From Prorocentrum cordatum (lineage: Eukaryota), in the NCBI GenBank assembly GCA_963575745.1, contig CAUYUJ010000096.1, positions 1 through 64,000 of the forward strand: a DNA stretch of 64,000 nucleotides, read 5' to 3'. This document shows positions 51,150 through 61,468 of this stretch, in pieces (the stretch's first letter is position 1; every line of letters starts with the position of its first letter). Made by a program: the position numbers and the translations under genes. Under the pieces are notes generated by a model. It did not search any database, was not told the DNA's origin, and was given only the letters and a program-made list of their open reading frames with translations.

Positions 51150-52800
51150 GCTCCTCGTCTTTTGGGCGATGAGGTCCATGCTGCTATTGTGCTTGGTCCA
51201 AATTCCCGCCGTAACCGTGTGGAACCCATGGCGGGTCTCCAGGAGTTGGAGGAGGCGCAGTCCGTAGCGGGCCAGGCGGTTCTTCGCCGTCCGCTTGTTG
51301 AGCCAGATCTCCGTGTTGGTGTTGTCCGTGACGTAGATGACCAGGCGCCCCTCCCATCTCGGGGCCTGGGCCACCGCGAGCACCAGGAAGGTAAACAGCT
51401 CGCAGATGGCGATGATGTCGGCTCCCTCCCCAAAAACCGCGTGGAACGGCTCCATGACCTCCTTGACCTCCATGACCCCGCACACCCCGTTTGACCAGTC
51501 GGCGGCCCCCACCCGGGTCTCGGTGGCGCCCCCTCCGGTCCAGACCAGCTCCTCCATTCCGCCGGGGAGGGCGAGCCGCTCCTGGGGTTGGAGGACCCCC
51601 TTCAAGCCTGTATTAAAGTGGGTGGTCCAGGCCTGGGGCGCTCCCGCGTATAGGCGGAAAACTTCCAGCGCCTCCCGCCAATCATCCCACGCGTCCTTCT
51701 CCCTCCCTTCGCTGCTTTCCTTGATCTTGACCCAAACCCCAGCCGGGTCCGCAGTGCGGAGGAGCCGGTCTACCGCCCCCAGCTCGGGGCGGAGGGGGGG
51801 CAGGTGATGGCCGCGACGTTGAGGGTGCCGCGAAGGACCTGGACATCCTTCAGGGCTACCTGGGTGTTCCCCGTGTCGTAGGCCGGGCCACTCAGCAGGA
51901 TCCGGATCTTGTTGACCTTCTCCTCGGGAAGCCGCAGGGTCTCCTCCTCGGTGTTCACGTGGACCCCCCAGCAGATCTGGTCCACGCGGAACTCTCCCTC
52001 CTCGTCCTTCTTCTCCGCGTTGATCGCCAGAGGGCCGAATACCCTACGGGCCCCCTCCTCGGCCAGCCTAGCGGCCATCCAGGGGCGCCGTCCCAGGAGG
52101 GGCTCGATGAGGACGTCGTCGTCCATGAGGAGGTGCGAGTGGTGGGGCACGTCGTCGTGCCATCCTGGGTCGGCCGGCCGGTGGCGGTCATGGTACTGCT
52201 TCAGGGCCGCCCCGAAGGCCATGTACTCCCCCGGGCTCCCGATCCACCCGAAGGTGAGTTGAGGACGAGGTAGATGGCCACCAGGTTGCCCTCCATCCCA
52301 ACCACCTTGCCAGGGAGCTCCGTGGCGAACATGCCGGCATCCTCCGCCCGTAACCAGATCCAGCGGAAGGCCTCCGCTATGTCCCGCTTGGCGATCACGG
52401 GTGCCGCTCTTTCCACCAGATGATCTCTCTCGCCAGTCCCCGATGGCGGGGCTGCAAGGCTGGGGGGTGGAGGTACCTGTGCCCCGTCTCGTTCATCGCC
52501 CTCTGGTCGTGGATAAACCTTCCTTCCTCCGAGATCGTGCGGTCGGGGTTCATCTTCGGCACCCTTCCCCATGGGGAGGAGAGGACCCCGCTTAGGTAAG
52601 GTTCTGAGTCCTTTCCGCAGAGGAGGACCCTCCCCCTCTTGGCGCCCTTCCACAACTTCTCCATCGCCTCCTCCATGTGCCCCTGCACGCTCATGTGCGG
52701 TTTGGAGGGGGCCCGAACCTGGGCCAGCGGTTGGCGGGCGGGAACCCCGTCCTTCACCATCTGGTGGAAGTAATCCCTGAGGTCGGGGTCGAGCAGCTCG
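51150..52800 (-). pseudogene. Reverse transcriptase and RNase H (frameshifted)
   Basis: SSPWGRVPK...GRFIHDQR; AKRDIAEAFRWI; FGWIGSPGEY; LLMDDDVLIEP; IAICELF...YVTDNTNT...HNSSMDLI. Confidence 0.9.
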
Positions 52801-52933
52801 CATAGCTCATCCTTGAAGACCCCGTCCAGGTTGTTCCCCCACCGGCTCGTCCAGGCCTCTCGGTAGCAGTCGACTGCTTCCTTCCAGCCTCCCGCCGCCT
52901 GGATTAGGCCATCGCCGAGTCGGGCCCCCTCCT

Positions 52934-55900
52934 TCACAACCTTGGGGGAGTACTTGGGGTTGTCCGCGCAATGAGTGCACAGCTCCTGCGCCCAGTCCTG
53001 AGCGGTTCGGCCCGCTCTCCCCGGCGCCTGGTTTCCCGATTCCGTCCCGCTTTCCAGGTTGCCAGCTGCCCGTTGGGGAGGCATCCAGGGCCCCTCTCCC
53101 TCCCCATCCTGGCTCCCTCCCGCATCGTCCCCTCCCTCACCTGAGGGCCTGAGTTTACCATCTCCCGTGGTTCCCCCCCCCTCGAGGGCGTGGTGGGTGG
53201 GTGTTTCGTGGCCGTCCAAATGGCCAGCGCCACGGCGCGGGCGAAGCGCGGGGGGTATTGGGCGGCTTCCCTTGTCCGCTTGATGCCTGTCCCTGGGACG
53301 TTATCCCTGAGTTCCACGTGCTGGTGCATCGGGGAGAGACCGGGACAGGGTCTCCGGAGCTTCGTGAAGAAGGGGGCCAGGTTCGCGGAGACGACCAGCC
53401 AGTACCCCTTGCGATAGAACTGATGGGGGGACGAAGCGTCTGAGGGGTGGAGGCCCCAGGCGCGCATCGTTCCCGGGATGATCACGGCACCGGTCTCCTC
53501 CAGGATTTCCAACCAGTCGAGAAGGTCGTAGACCTTGGGATATATCCCTCTGTGCTCCTGGTTCTCGAAGATCCATCCCTTCCCCCATTTATGAAGGTTC
53601 CGTATGCACCTTACCGTGGTCTGGGAGAGGGCGTTTCCCAAGACCTCCTTGGCGTTTACACCGGTCCCCTCCGGCTTCTCCCAAGTGCGGGTGCCCCCTT
53701 TGGTGTTGTGATCGCAGAAGGAGGTACACGGGTTTTCGAACATCCACACGTTGGCCACTCCCGGGCCCGGGGGAGTATCTGCCTCTTGGACCAGGGCCTC
53801 GGCGACGTCGGGGTTCGAGAGGTCGTGGTCCTCGCTCCTCTCCGACTCCTTGGGGTGCAAGGGGTTCCGGTACAGCTCCACAGGCTCATCCGCTTGGATG
53901 CCCAGCTGCTTCACCGCGCGGGTCACCCCCGCGGTTCCCGCGAACACTTCCTTGAAGCGGGGTCCCCAGCGGAAAGCGGGCGTGCCCCCCAAAGCTCCGG
54001 GGTGCTCCGAGACGAGCTCCTCCCACAGCTGGAGGGCGGCCCTGATTGCGGGTGCCCGGGCAGGCTCTGCCGTTGCAGCCCTCCGGCCAGCCCTGAGAGC
54101 CACCTCCCTCGCCGCGGGGCGCTCCTCGCATGCCTGGCACTTGACGTAGGTGCTCCAGGAGACCTCCGTGCCTCGGGCGTCGCGGTTGAGGAACGCATCC
54201 CCTCTCGCTTCTCCCGAGGTCGGGGTTCGGGGGCGGAGGGCGCGGGCGTGCCCCCGGTGGATCAACATCCAGGCCTGAGGTGGGCCCTCCCCGGAGCGGG
54301 CTCCTTCCAGAAGGTGCGTGGTCACTTTTCCACCGTAGTCCATCATCACTACGTGTAGGACGACATCCTCCAGGAGGCGGAGGGGGAACACGACCAGGGT
54401 GCGGTAGACCTTGTCGTGGTGTGGGGCGGCCGCGTCGTGGATGAAGATCCGGAGGTCCGCCTCCCCGACCGCCAGCTTGGCCCCCGGAGGCCCCAGTGAT
54501 TCTTCCGCCCGAACTGCTTGGTCCAGCTGCTCCGCTCTGGCCGTGAGCGTGTGCGCCCAGACCTCCGAGAGGCTGGGCGGCCCCCTTCCCTCGCGGGCCC
54601 AGAGGGCGGCGCCCGCCGCGCTCAGGAGGGTACACTGCTTTCTCTCACAGTCCTCCTGGATGCCCAAGCGCTCCGCGAGGAGAGGGTCCTTTCCGAGGGG
54701 GAGGCGGTCGTGGAAATCGAGCACGTCCCACTCCCCTCCATCCATTTGGAGGGTCCCCCGCCCTACCCCGTCCCCCTCGTCCGGGGCTTGGAGGAGCTGG
54801 GCGTAGCCCCTGCGGTCTGGGGGGCGGACGTCCCCCCCTCGGGTGCCGCCGGGCTCAGGCGCGAGCCGATCGAGGCAGTCGGCGGCCTCCCTGACCAGCT
54901 TCCAGTTGGGTCCGTCCACGATCCTCCGGAGTACGGCAAGCACCCCTTCCGTCGCCGTCGAGGCCAGGTGCTCCTCCAGGAGGTGGTTCTTGACCGCGGT
55001 CTCCAGGTGCCGGGAGGGCCCCCCCTTGAGGAACTCTCGCACATCGGGGCGCGCGTTAATGGCCTGCATTCCGGCCTCCCGCGCCTCCTCCTCTGGGTCG
55101 TCCGGGTCTCCCACTGGGTTGAAGCGATGCGCCTTATGGTGGTTCTCGGTGAAGCTGAAGTCCGGACCGTTGCAGTGCTGATCCAAGACGTCTTCCCGCC
55201 CGGGGAGGGGGGTGAACCAGTCATATTCCCCCCTGGTCGGGTCCCAGGCCCGGACGTGCGTGGGCGGCTCGCCCCCCCGCTCGGTTGAGGGCCCCCCATG
55301 GAGGGCGGCCAGCCGCGCCGGTTGATCCTGTTCCGCCACCACGGGCTGGTCCTTCCAGCCCCCTCGGCGCACCAGCTCCCCCATGAGTGGGGCCGGCAGT
55401 CCCCGAGCGGGTCCCAAGTCGCAGTGGGCGTGGGGGCAGGCCCCTCCTCCTCCCTCACACCCCCTGTGGCTGGCGTAGTCCCAGCAAAGCAGGAGCCCCC
55501 TCTGGTCCCTGGGAGTAGCCCCCCGCGCCAGTGCCTTCCGCACCGCTCGGGCGTAATCCGGGGCCGTGGTGGGGGGGAGGGCTCCCGCCACGGGGGCTGT
55601 CCCCTCCCATTCCCCCTCGATCCCCGGTGAAGGACTTCCTGGCTGACCTTCCCCCGGCTCCTCCTCCCGCAGTGTGCCGGCGGTAGTTTGGGCGGCGTGG
55701 AGGTGGCCACCCGGCATCTCCCCCTCCTCCGAAGTGGCGCTCTGGCTTCCCGCTCCGTCCCTTCCCGCCTCGAGTGGCGCATCGGGGGCCGGGTTGTCCC
55801 CGCCGGCCCGGGCGGCCGCCTCGTTCGGCGCGTCCAAGGCCTCCTGGGTAGGGGGAATCAGGTAGCGGATCTCGCTCTCTTCGTCGGCCAGGCAGGTGTG

Positions 55901-58735
55901 GTTCTCGTTCAGCACGGAGCCTCCCGGCGGCGCACTCGCCGAGCGAGGCTGCCGAGCTCGGCCTCCCGTGGCCCCTTCCCTCCCACGCGAAGGGGGGGGG
56001 GGGGCTCCGGCGACGCCTGCCCCGCAGCCGGCCCCACCTCGTCCTCTTCCGGGTGGGGGCTCAAGGCGGCGTCCCACTCCAGGGGGTCCACCGGCGGGCT
56101 TGATGCTGCCGCCTCCTCCCCCACAGGAGGGGCGTCCTCCTCGTCCACCTCCTGCGCTCTTCCGCTCGTGCGCGGGTAGGCGCAAAGAAGGGCGTGGCCG
56201 AGGAGGGGGGAGGGGCCCATCGGCGGAGGGCCCCCGATTGGTGTTCGGAGGGGGGCGCAGGAACGCGCCAGGCCCGCGGGGGGGTTCTTCCCACCCACGT
56301 CCGCCCCTCGGGCGCACGAACCCGGGCCCGGGGAGGGTTCCCCCGCCCCGAGACTGGCAGGGCCCGATCCTCCCCCGACGAAGGCGCGGGGCAACGATCC
56401 GATGGTAGTACTCCGTGGGGTCCTCGACGACGAACGTGCGGGGGATCTTCGCGCGGGCTCTCCCGTGCGCATCCGGGGCTGTGGCGTAGGCCGTCAGCTC
56501 CGGCAGCGCGGTTGGGTGGGAGCCAATCTCGGCCTCCACGGACTGGAGCTCGTCCCGCATCTTCGCCCACCAGTGCCACGTGAGCTCCTCCCAGACCTCC
56601 ATCAAGTCGGCGAGGGACAGGTACTCCGGCCGGTCCTGATGTTCCCGTAGCAAGAACCGTAAGGCGGTGGTCCTGGGCAGTGAGTGCTCCTGTCCATAAG
56701 TCAAGGCGAACACCTGGATCTGCGCCTGGGCGGCCTCCGCCCACGTGCCAAGGTCTGCGGGGGCTGGCGAGGGGGGCTCCCTCCTGTGTCCTTCCGCGGC
56801 GACGAGGGGCCCGGCGCCCGCGCCCCTTGCGACCGCGAAGTCGGCCACCGTGAGGGCGTTCGGGTCGGCGGGTCCCGCCTTAGGGGCACCCATCAGGCAG
56901 GCCGCCAAACCATACGCAATCCGGTTGCTGAGCGGGAGGGGCCAGCCGACCCCTTCCAGCAAGGCGAGGGCCCCCCGGCCGTGCCCGCGCAGGGTCAAAT
57001 AGAGCTCCCGCCCAAGATGGGCAGGTCCCACGGCCACCTGGAAGGTGCCGCATCCCCGCGCGAGGTGGCATACCCTCCGCGAGGCCCCTTGGAGGTATAT
57101 GAGGTTCCCCCCCCCGTCCTCTCCCTTCGCAGGGGGGCGGTGCGCCCGCAGGAGCGCGGGAACGGAGGAACCCTTTCGCTTCCTTTCTCCGGGGACGACG
57201 GCCTGAGCCGATTCGGCGGGGGTTCCTTCCACCGGCTGGAGGGCGCGGGGGCTCTCCCCCCGCCCCCAGGGGGGTGTGGGGCGGGGGTTCTGGGGCTTCA
57301 GTGGCAGCTTGGGGGAGGTCCCCCGCGGTCGGAGGGCGAGGGCCCGCGCCGCGCCCCCTGCCCTTCCCCGTAGGTCAAGTTGGGCAGTGACCTCCTCCAG
57401 CCGAGGACGCACCGAGGGGAGGAGGAGCGGATTCTCCAGGTGCTCTCGGGCCTGCTCCAGAATCGCGGTCCGCGCTCGGTGTGGCTTCCGGCCCACGGCT
57501 GCCGCCACCTCCAGCATCTTCGCCCCCGTCGGCTTGCCTGGGGCACCCGCCTGGAGGTGCAGCCCCAGCTCCGTGCTGTTCGGCTCCATCACCGGCGTTC
57601 CCCCCGCTCGGCGCCCCGGGGTGTGGCCCCTCCCCAACCTCAGCAGCTCTTCCTTGCTTGAGGGCGTGTGGAGCAGGCGGGCGATGCGACCGCCTCGAGG
57701 GGGCGGGGAGGCAGATCTCCCCTCCGCGCGCAGGATGGAGCGCGGCTCCCCAAGGGCGTTGCACAGCGCTTCCCCTCCCCGAGCTTGCTGCCCGGGAGGG
57801 GCGACCCGCGCGTAGGGGTGGAGAGGGCACCTACAGGTCAAGAACTTCGCCCACTGCAGCAGGTCGGCCAGCGTACAGGGCTTCCCCCCGCCCTCACTTG
57901 CCTCTCCCAGCTGGGCATAGGTGGCCTCCGTGATTTCCTGGGCATCAAATGGGGGGCGGGAGGCGTTGAGGCGCCCCTCGGGCGAGAGGCTCCAGGGTCC
58001 CACCGCCCATAGTGGGAACGTCAGCTCAACCTCCACTCCTGGCATCCAAATCCCCGCCCAGTGCTTCTTCCCTCCTCTCCCCCGCGCCTCTCCCCGCCCT
58101 ATCCCTCGGGCAGTAGTGTAAAGGCGGGCGCCTTCCCCTGTGTCGGCGGGCTCGTAGAGGCGGATCAAGTACTTCCGTCCGACCGTATCTTCCGCCTGGG
58201 TGGGGATGGTCGGAGGTGGCGCAGCCCTTCCCCCATTCACAGTCGCGGGGGCCTCCCTATCACCCTCGGGGGGGCCTTCAGACACGAGTGCGCCCGGGGC
58301 GCCGTGCGTCAGCTGGGGGCAGTCAGGTCCCACCGGCACGCCAGGGGCGGCCGCTGGGTTGGGGGGCGCCTCGCTGGAGGCGGCCGGCTCCGCGGGCGGG
58401 AGGGAAGGAGGCTCCCCGGTTGTCCCCCGTGCGGGCCTCCCCTCCACAGGGCCCGCAGTGGGGGCCGCGGAGGGCTCAGGGGTCGGCCCGGCGTCACTTG
58501 GGCGCGCTGGGTCAAGGGGGGACTTGCTAGTATCCGCCCTTCCCCCCCCTCTCGAGCAGGCTGAGGAGAGGGGTTCGCGTGCCTGAGGCAGAGGCGCTTC
58601 CCACCGAAGCCGGGTTCCCCGATGTGCCAGCAGCCTGGCTCCGAGCACTGGAGGCTCAGGCGGAGGTTGTGGTACTCCAGGCCGTGGTAGCGGCACAAGC
58701 AGGCCATCGGTGCCCCTCCCCCGTTGCGCGGCCAT
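52934..58735 (-). CDS. 1933-aa gag-like polyprotein segment with CCCH finger and C5-methyltransferase-like domain (~53215-53965)
   Basis: LCWDYASHRGCEGGGGACPHAH; FKEVFAGTAGVT, HDL, FENPCTSF, WIFENQ, YRKGYWL, CPGLSPMHQH, AAQYPPRF. Confidence 0.8.
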   Translation of the reverse strand: MAAQRGRGTDGLLVPLPRPGVPQPPPEPPVLGARLLAHRGTRLRWEAPLPQAREPLSSACSRGGGRADTSKSPLDPARPSDAGPTPEPSAAPTAGPVEGRPARGTTGEPPSLPPAEPAASSEAPPNPAAAPGVPVGPDCPQLTHGAPGALVSEGPPEGDREAPATVNGGRAAPPPTIPTQAEDTVGRKYLIRLYEPADTGEGARLYTTARGIGRGEARGRGGKKHWAGIWMPGVEVELTFPLWAVGPWSLSPEGRLNASRPPFDAQEITEATYAQLGEASEGGGKPCTLADLLQWAKFLTCRCPLHPYARVAPPGQQARGGEALCNALGEPRSILRAEGRSASPPPRGGRIARLLHTPSSKEELLRLGRGHTPGRRAGGTPVMEPNSTELGLHLQAGAPGKPTGAKMLEVAAAVGRKPHRARTAILEQAREHLENPLLLPSVRPRLEEVTAQLDLRGRAGGAARALALRPRGTSPKLPLKPQNPRPTPPWGRGESPRALQPVEGTPAESAQAVVPGERKRKGSSVPALLRAHRPPAKGEDGGGNLIYLQGASRRVCHLARGCGTFQVAVGPAHLGRELYLTLRGHGRGALALLEGVGWPLPLSNRIAYGLAACLMGAPKAGPADPNALTVADFAVARGAGAGPLVAAEGHRREPPSPAPADLGTWAEAAQAQIQVFALTYGQEHSLPRTTALRFLLREHQDRPEYLSLADLMEVWEELTWHWWAKMRDELQSVEAEIGSHPTALPELTAYATAPDAHGRARAKIPRTFVVEDPTEYYHRIVAPRLRRGRIGPCQSRGGGTLPGPGFVRPRGGRGWEEPPRGPGAFLRPPPNTNRGPSADGPLPPPRPRPSLRLPAHERKSAGGGRGGRPSCGGGGGSIKPAGGPPGVGRRLEPPPGRGRGGAGCGAGVAGAPPPPSRGREGATGGRARQPRSASAPPGGSVLNENHTCLADEESEIRYLIPPTQEALDAPNEAAARAGGDNPAPDAPLEAGRDGAGSQSATSEEGEMPGGHLHAAQTTAGTLREEEPGEGQPGSPSPGIEGEWEGTAPVAGALPPTTAPDYARAVRKALARGATPRDQRGLLLCWDYASHRGCEGGGGACPHAHCDLGPARGLPAPLMGELVRRGGWKDQPVVAEQDQPARLAALHGGPSTERGGEPPTHVRAWDPTRGEYDWFTPLPGREDVLDQHCNGPDFSFTENHHKAHRFNPVGDPDDPEEEAREAGMQAINARPDVREFLKGGPSRHLETAVKNHLLEEHLASTATEGVLAVLRRIVDGPNWKLVREAADCLDRLAPEPGGTRGGDVRPPDRRGYAQLLQAPDEGDGVGRGTLQMDGGEWDVLDFHDRLPLGKDPLLAERLGIQEDCERKQCTLLSAAGAALWAREGRGPPSLSEVWAHTLTARAEQLDQAVRAEESLGPPGAKLAVGEADLRIFIHDAAAPHHDKVYRTLVVFPLRLLEDVVLHVVMMDYGGKVTTHLLEGARSGEGPPQAWMLIHRGHARALRPRTPTSGEARGDAFLNRDARGTEVSWSTYVKCQACEERPAAREVALRAGRRAATAEPARAPAIRAALQLWEELVSEHPGALGGTPAFRWGPRFKEVFAGTAGVTRAVKQLGIQADEPVELYRNPLHPKESERSEDHDLSNPDVAEALVQEADTPPGPGVANVWMFENPCTSFCDHNTKGGTRTWEKPEGTGVNAKEVLGNALSQTTVRCIRNLHKWGKGWIFENQEHRGIYPKVYDLLDWLEILEETGAVIIPGTMRAWGLHPSDASSPHQFYRKGYWLVVSANLAPFFTKLRRPCPGLSPMHQHVELRDNVPGTGIKRTREAAQYPPRFARAVALAIWTATKHPPTTPSRGGEPREMVNSGPQVREGTMREGARMGRERGPGCLPNGQLATWKAGRNRETRRRGERAEPLRTGRRSCALIARTTPSTPPRL

Positions 58736-60663
58736 CCCCGGGTGTCGGACGTGGGCCCGTCCTCGATGAGCAAGGGGGTGGGTTTAGGTCCCCTCCGATC
58801 CTCGCAAGTGCCATGCTTCTGGAGGCAACAGTACCCTTCCTTCGCGTCTACCCAGCCCACTGCTTCGGCCATGCAGGGTTCCCAGTCGTCTTCTTCCTGC
58901 TGAGGTCCCCGGGGGTTCGCGGTGACCTGGCGCGGTCCCGGCCGGCGCAGGCGGGCCCCCCGCCGGCAGCAGCAACAACCCCGGGCCAGGAAGGAATGGG
59001 CGATGCGCTGGACCCCACCCCAGAATGCCCTCCAGAGGGTGCGGAGGCCGGCCAGGAAGGGGCTTCCCAGGTCCCTGTCCTCGGCGAGGTCGAGGATGGC
59101 CTTGGCGTCGACCGCGGTATATTTCCGGAAGTGCATGGCGAAGGCGTCCACGCTGGAACAGCTGTCCACGGGTCCCGCCCTGCAGAGGTGGACCACCTTG
59201 GTGTCCGCACCCTCCAGGCGGCGTCGGAGGTCAGGGTCCGTGCAGTCATGCACCCGGGCGTGCGGGAAGTCCTGGCCCGCCCGCTTCTCCTTCCGGATGG
59301 GGTCGCCGTACTGCCCTCGATCCAGGCGTACCCGCTGCCCCTCGACCTCAGCTACGAGGTGGTTGGGCAGCCTCGGGGGCTGGTCGCTCCTCCCACGGAT
59401 GACGTCCTTGAAAAACTAGTCGTCCACGGGTTGGGCATCAGGCCCCCTCCAGTCGAGGTCGAGGAGGAACCGGCGATTGTCCTCCACCCGGGTGCAGAAG
59501 TCGGGGAAGGTGGGGGAGCGCCTCAGACGGCGGTAGAACCAGAAAAAGAGGCGGGCCAGGTGGTCGAGGAGGAGGACCAGAAAGCAGATTCCCATGGCGC
59601 CCAGGAAGGAGCCCAGCACGTACACGCCTACCTTAAAGCTCACCCACCTTTCCCCTACAAAAACGGTCAGGCCGGCATCTAGCCATCCGTAGGACCACGC
59701 GATGAGGCGGAAGACGAAGTTGGGGCTCGGGACGCTCCGGACCTCCAGCACCACTTCCCGGCGGCGGCCGGCAAACCAGTGGTTCTCCCACCAGGGGGCC
59801 TCGCCCGCCTCCTCCTGCCCCTCTTCCGTGGGGGTGGGGGAGGCCCACCTCAGCCACTCCACGAACTCCTCCGCGGGGATTTGCTTGGACCAGGGTAGCC
59901 GGTCCCCCGGCTGCGGAGCGGGGGAGGTGTGTCCCCCGCGGAGGGCCGTATGCGGCGGGGGGGCGGTTCCCGAGCCTGGCCCCGCAGGTGCGGGTGGTTC
60001 GGCGGGGGCGGAGATGCTCCACCAGAACGGGGTCGGTGTCCCACCTGGGGTGTTCTTCGGCGGGGTCGTCGAGGGCGTCCCCCCTTCGGCGGGACTCACC
60101 GCCGGCGTGGCAAACGGGGGGGCTGGCGTGCGGGCCCCCCCAAGGGAGTCGCCCCAGCGCCCGGGCGGCAAATCCATGATTGTGGGGCCGGCCTGCGGCG
60201 ATGCCGGGGCGAACGCGAACGACGCGAGCTCCCCCCACCAGAAGGGGGTAGGCGTGCCACCCGGGGCGGCGGATCTCCCCGGGATGGGGGAGAGGATGGG
60301 AGTCAAAGTGGGGGCGGCGAGGTTGGAGGTGGTGGGGGCGTCCCCTCCCTCCCCGAGAGATTGCTCGGGGTGGTTCCCGGCCTGAGCGGCGGCCGGGTCT
60401 GGGGCTGTGGGGGCGTCCAGCCCAAGGGCTCCCCGTCGAGGGGGAGACTGCCCCTTGGGGTCGCCACCCGGATAATGCTCTAGTGGATCAGGCGGGGCGT
60501 CATCCAGCCCGCAGGTGATAGGGTCCCGTGATAGCCAAACGGGGTGCCCGTATCCCCTCCGCGCCCCGTGGGGCGGGTGGGTCCCTGCGGCGAGACGGCC
60601 AACTCCACAGAGGGCCGAGGCCGCCGCGCCCAGCGGAACCGCCAGCCAAGCCAGGCCAAACAT
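58309..60663 (-). pseudogene. ORF1 N-terminal part: hydrophobic leader, TM segment and Cys/His clusters; in-frame TAG at 59416-59418
   Basis: ATG at 60663 MFGLAWLAVPLGAAASALC; VGVYVLGSFLGAMGICFLVLLL; CLCRYH...CSEPGC...LCLRH. ORFs 59416..61059 and 58309..59253 share a frame. Confidence 0.6.
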
Positions 60664-60699
60664 GAGTTGAGGGGGCACCCCCTCCGCAAAAAAAAAAAA

Positions 60700-60816
60700 C
60701 ACAGCTCTAAGCACAGAAGGCTGCGGAAGAGGGGAAAGGAAGGGGGAGGAGGAAGCCGGGCCACTACGGCCTAGGGGGGAATATAACCGTTTAGGCTTTG
60801 GCCAAACGAAACCATA
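60700..60816 (-). repeat. Split direct repeat A1 (5' terminus of the element)
   Basis: Matches 47597-47713. Confidence 0.95.
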
Positions 60817-61468
60817 CAAATGGGCGGACCTTTGGAGGATCGGAGGAAGGAGGGGGGAAGCTTCGCCACTGGGGGGCGGCCCGCGCAGCCTACCACAGCG
60901 CACTCCTAGCTCCAGCGTGTCCTGGGGGGGGCGGGGTGGGGAGAGGGGGGAAGGGGATCGCGCCCAAGGGTGAGGGGGGGGAGGGGGAGGGGGAAACAAG
61001 CCAGGTTCCAGGAGGCCCTGCAGGTCAGGTCTGAGGCTAATCCGCCTCCAGAACTTCACGGCAGCGAGGCCTCGGGGTAGACTGCTTGCGGGAGAGAGAC
61101 AGGGCTATGGAGACTGGAGCTCCTCCAAAGTATCCTACGGCCTGACAGAGGGCCACCCTAATGGCCCCCGAGGCCGCATTCTGAACTATTGCACTTTCAC
61201 CTGAACTACACGCAATAAAAGGAAGCTCGAGGGCATTCACTACCTTCTGAATGCAAAAAGCCTCCCTCGCGTGGGTCCATCAAGACCCAGTGGGCTCTAG
61301 AAGCTTCTAGGTGCCGCGCTCCTCCAGCTTCGAGGATGATGAAAAGAAGAATGCCTACGAAGACCCCTAGGGTAAACGGGATGGCACAACGTCGGGGCCG
61401 AGGACCTGAGAGGGCTTCGCTTTCAGGTGGGGCCTGGTGGGGACTCAGAGCTTCTAAATGGATGAAAC

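Larger units (their letters stand above)
47392..60816 (-). mobile_element. Tyrosine-recombinase retrotransposon (DIRS order, PAT/Ngaro-type split direct repeats), 13.4 kb, near full length
   Basis: Layout A1-[ORFs]-B1-A2-B2. ORFs carry gag-like/CCCH, methyltransferase, RT, RNase H and tyrosine recombinase motifs, with several stops and frameshifts. Confidence 0.92.

Noticed and set aside
48852..59418. In-frame TAG codons as programmed readthrough or recoding
   Set aside because: The same element also has several frameshifts, so ordinary decay is the simpler explanation.
48156..60774. Many + strand ORFs inside the DIRS-order element
   Set aside because: Antisense shadows of very GC-rich coding sequence, with no motifs.
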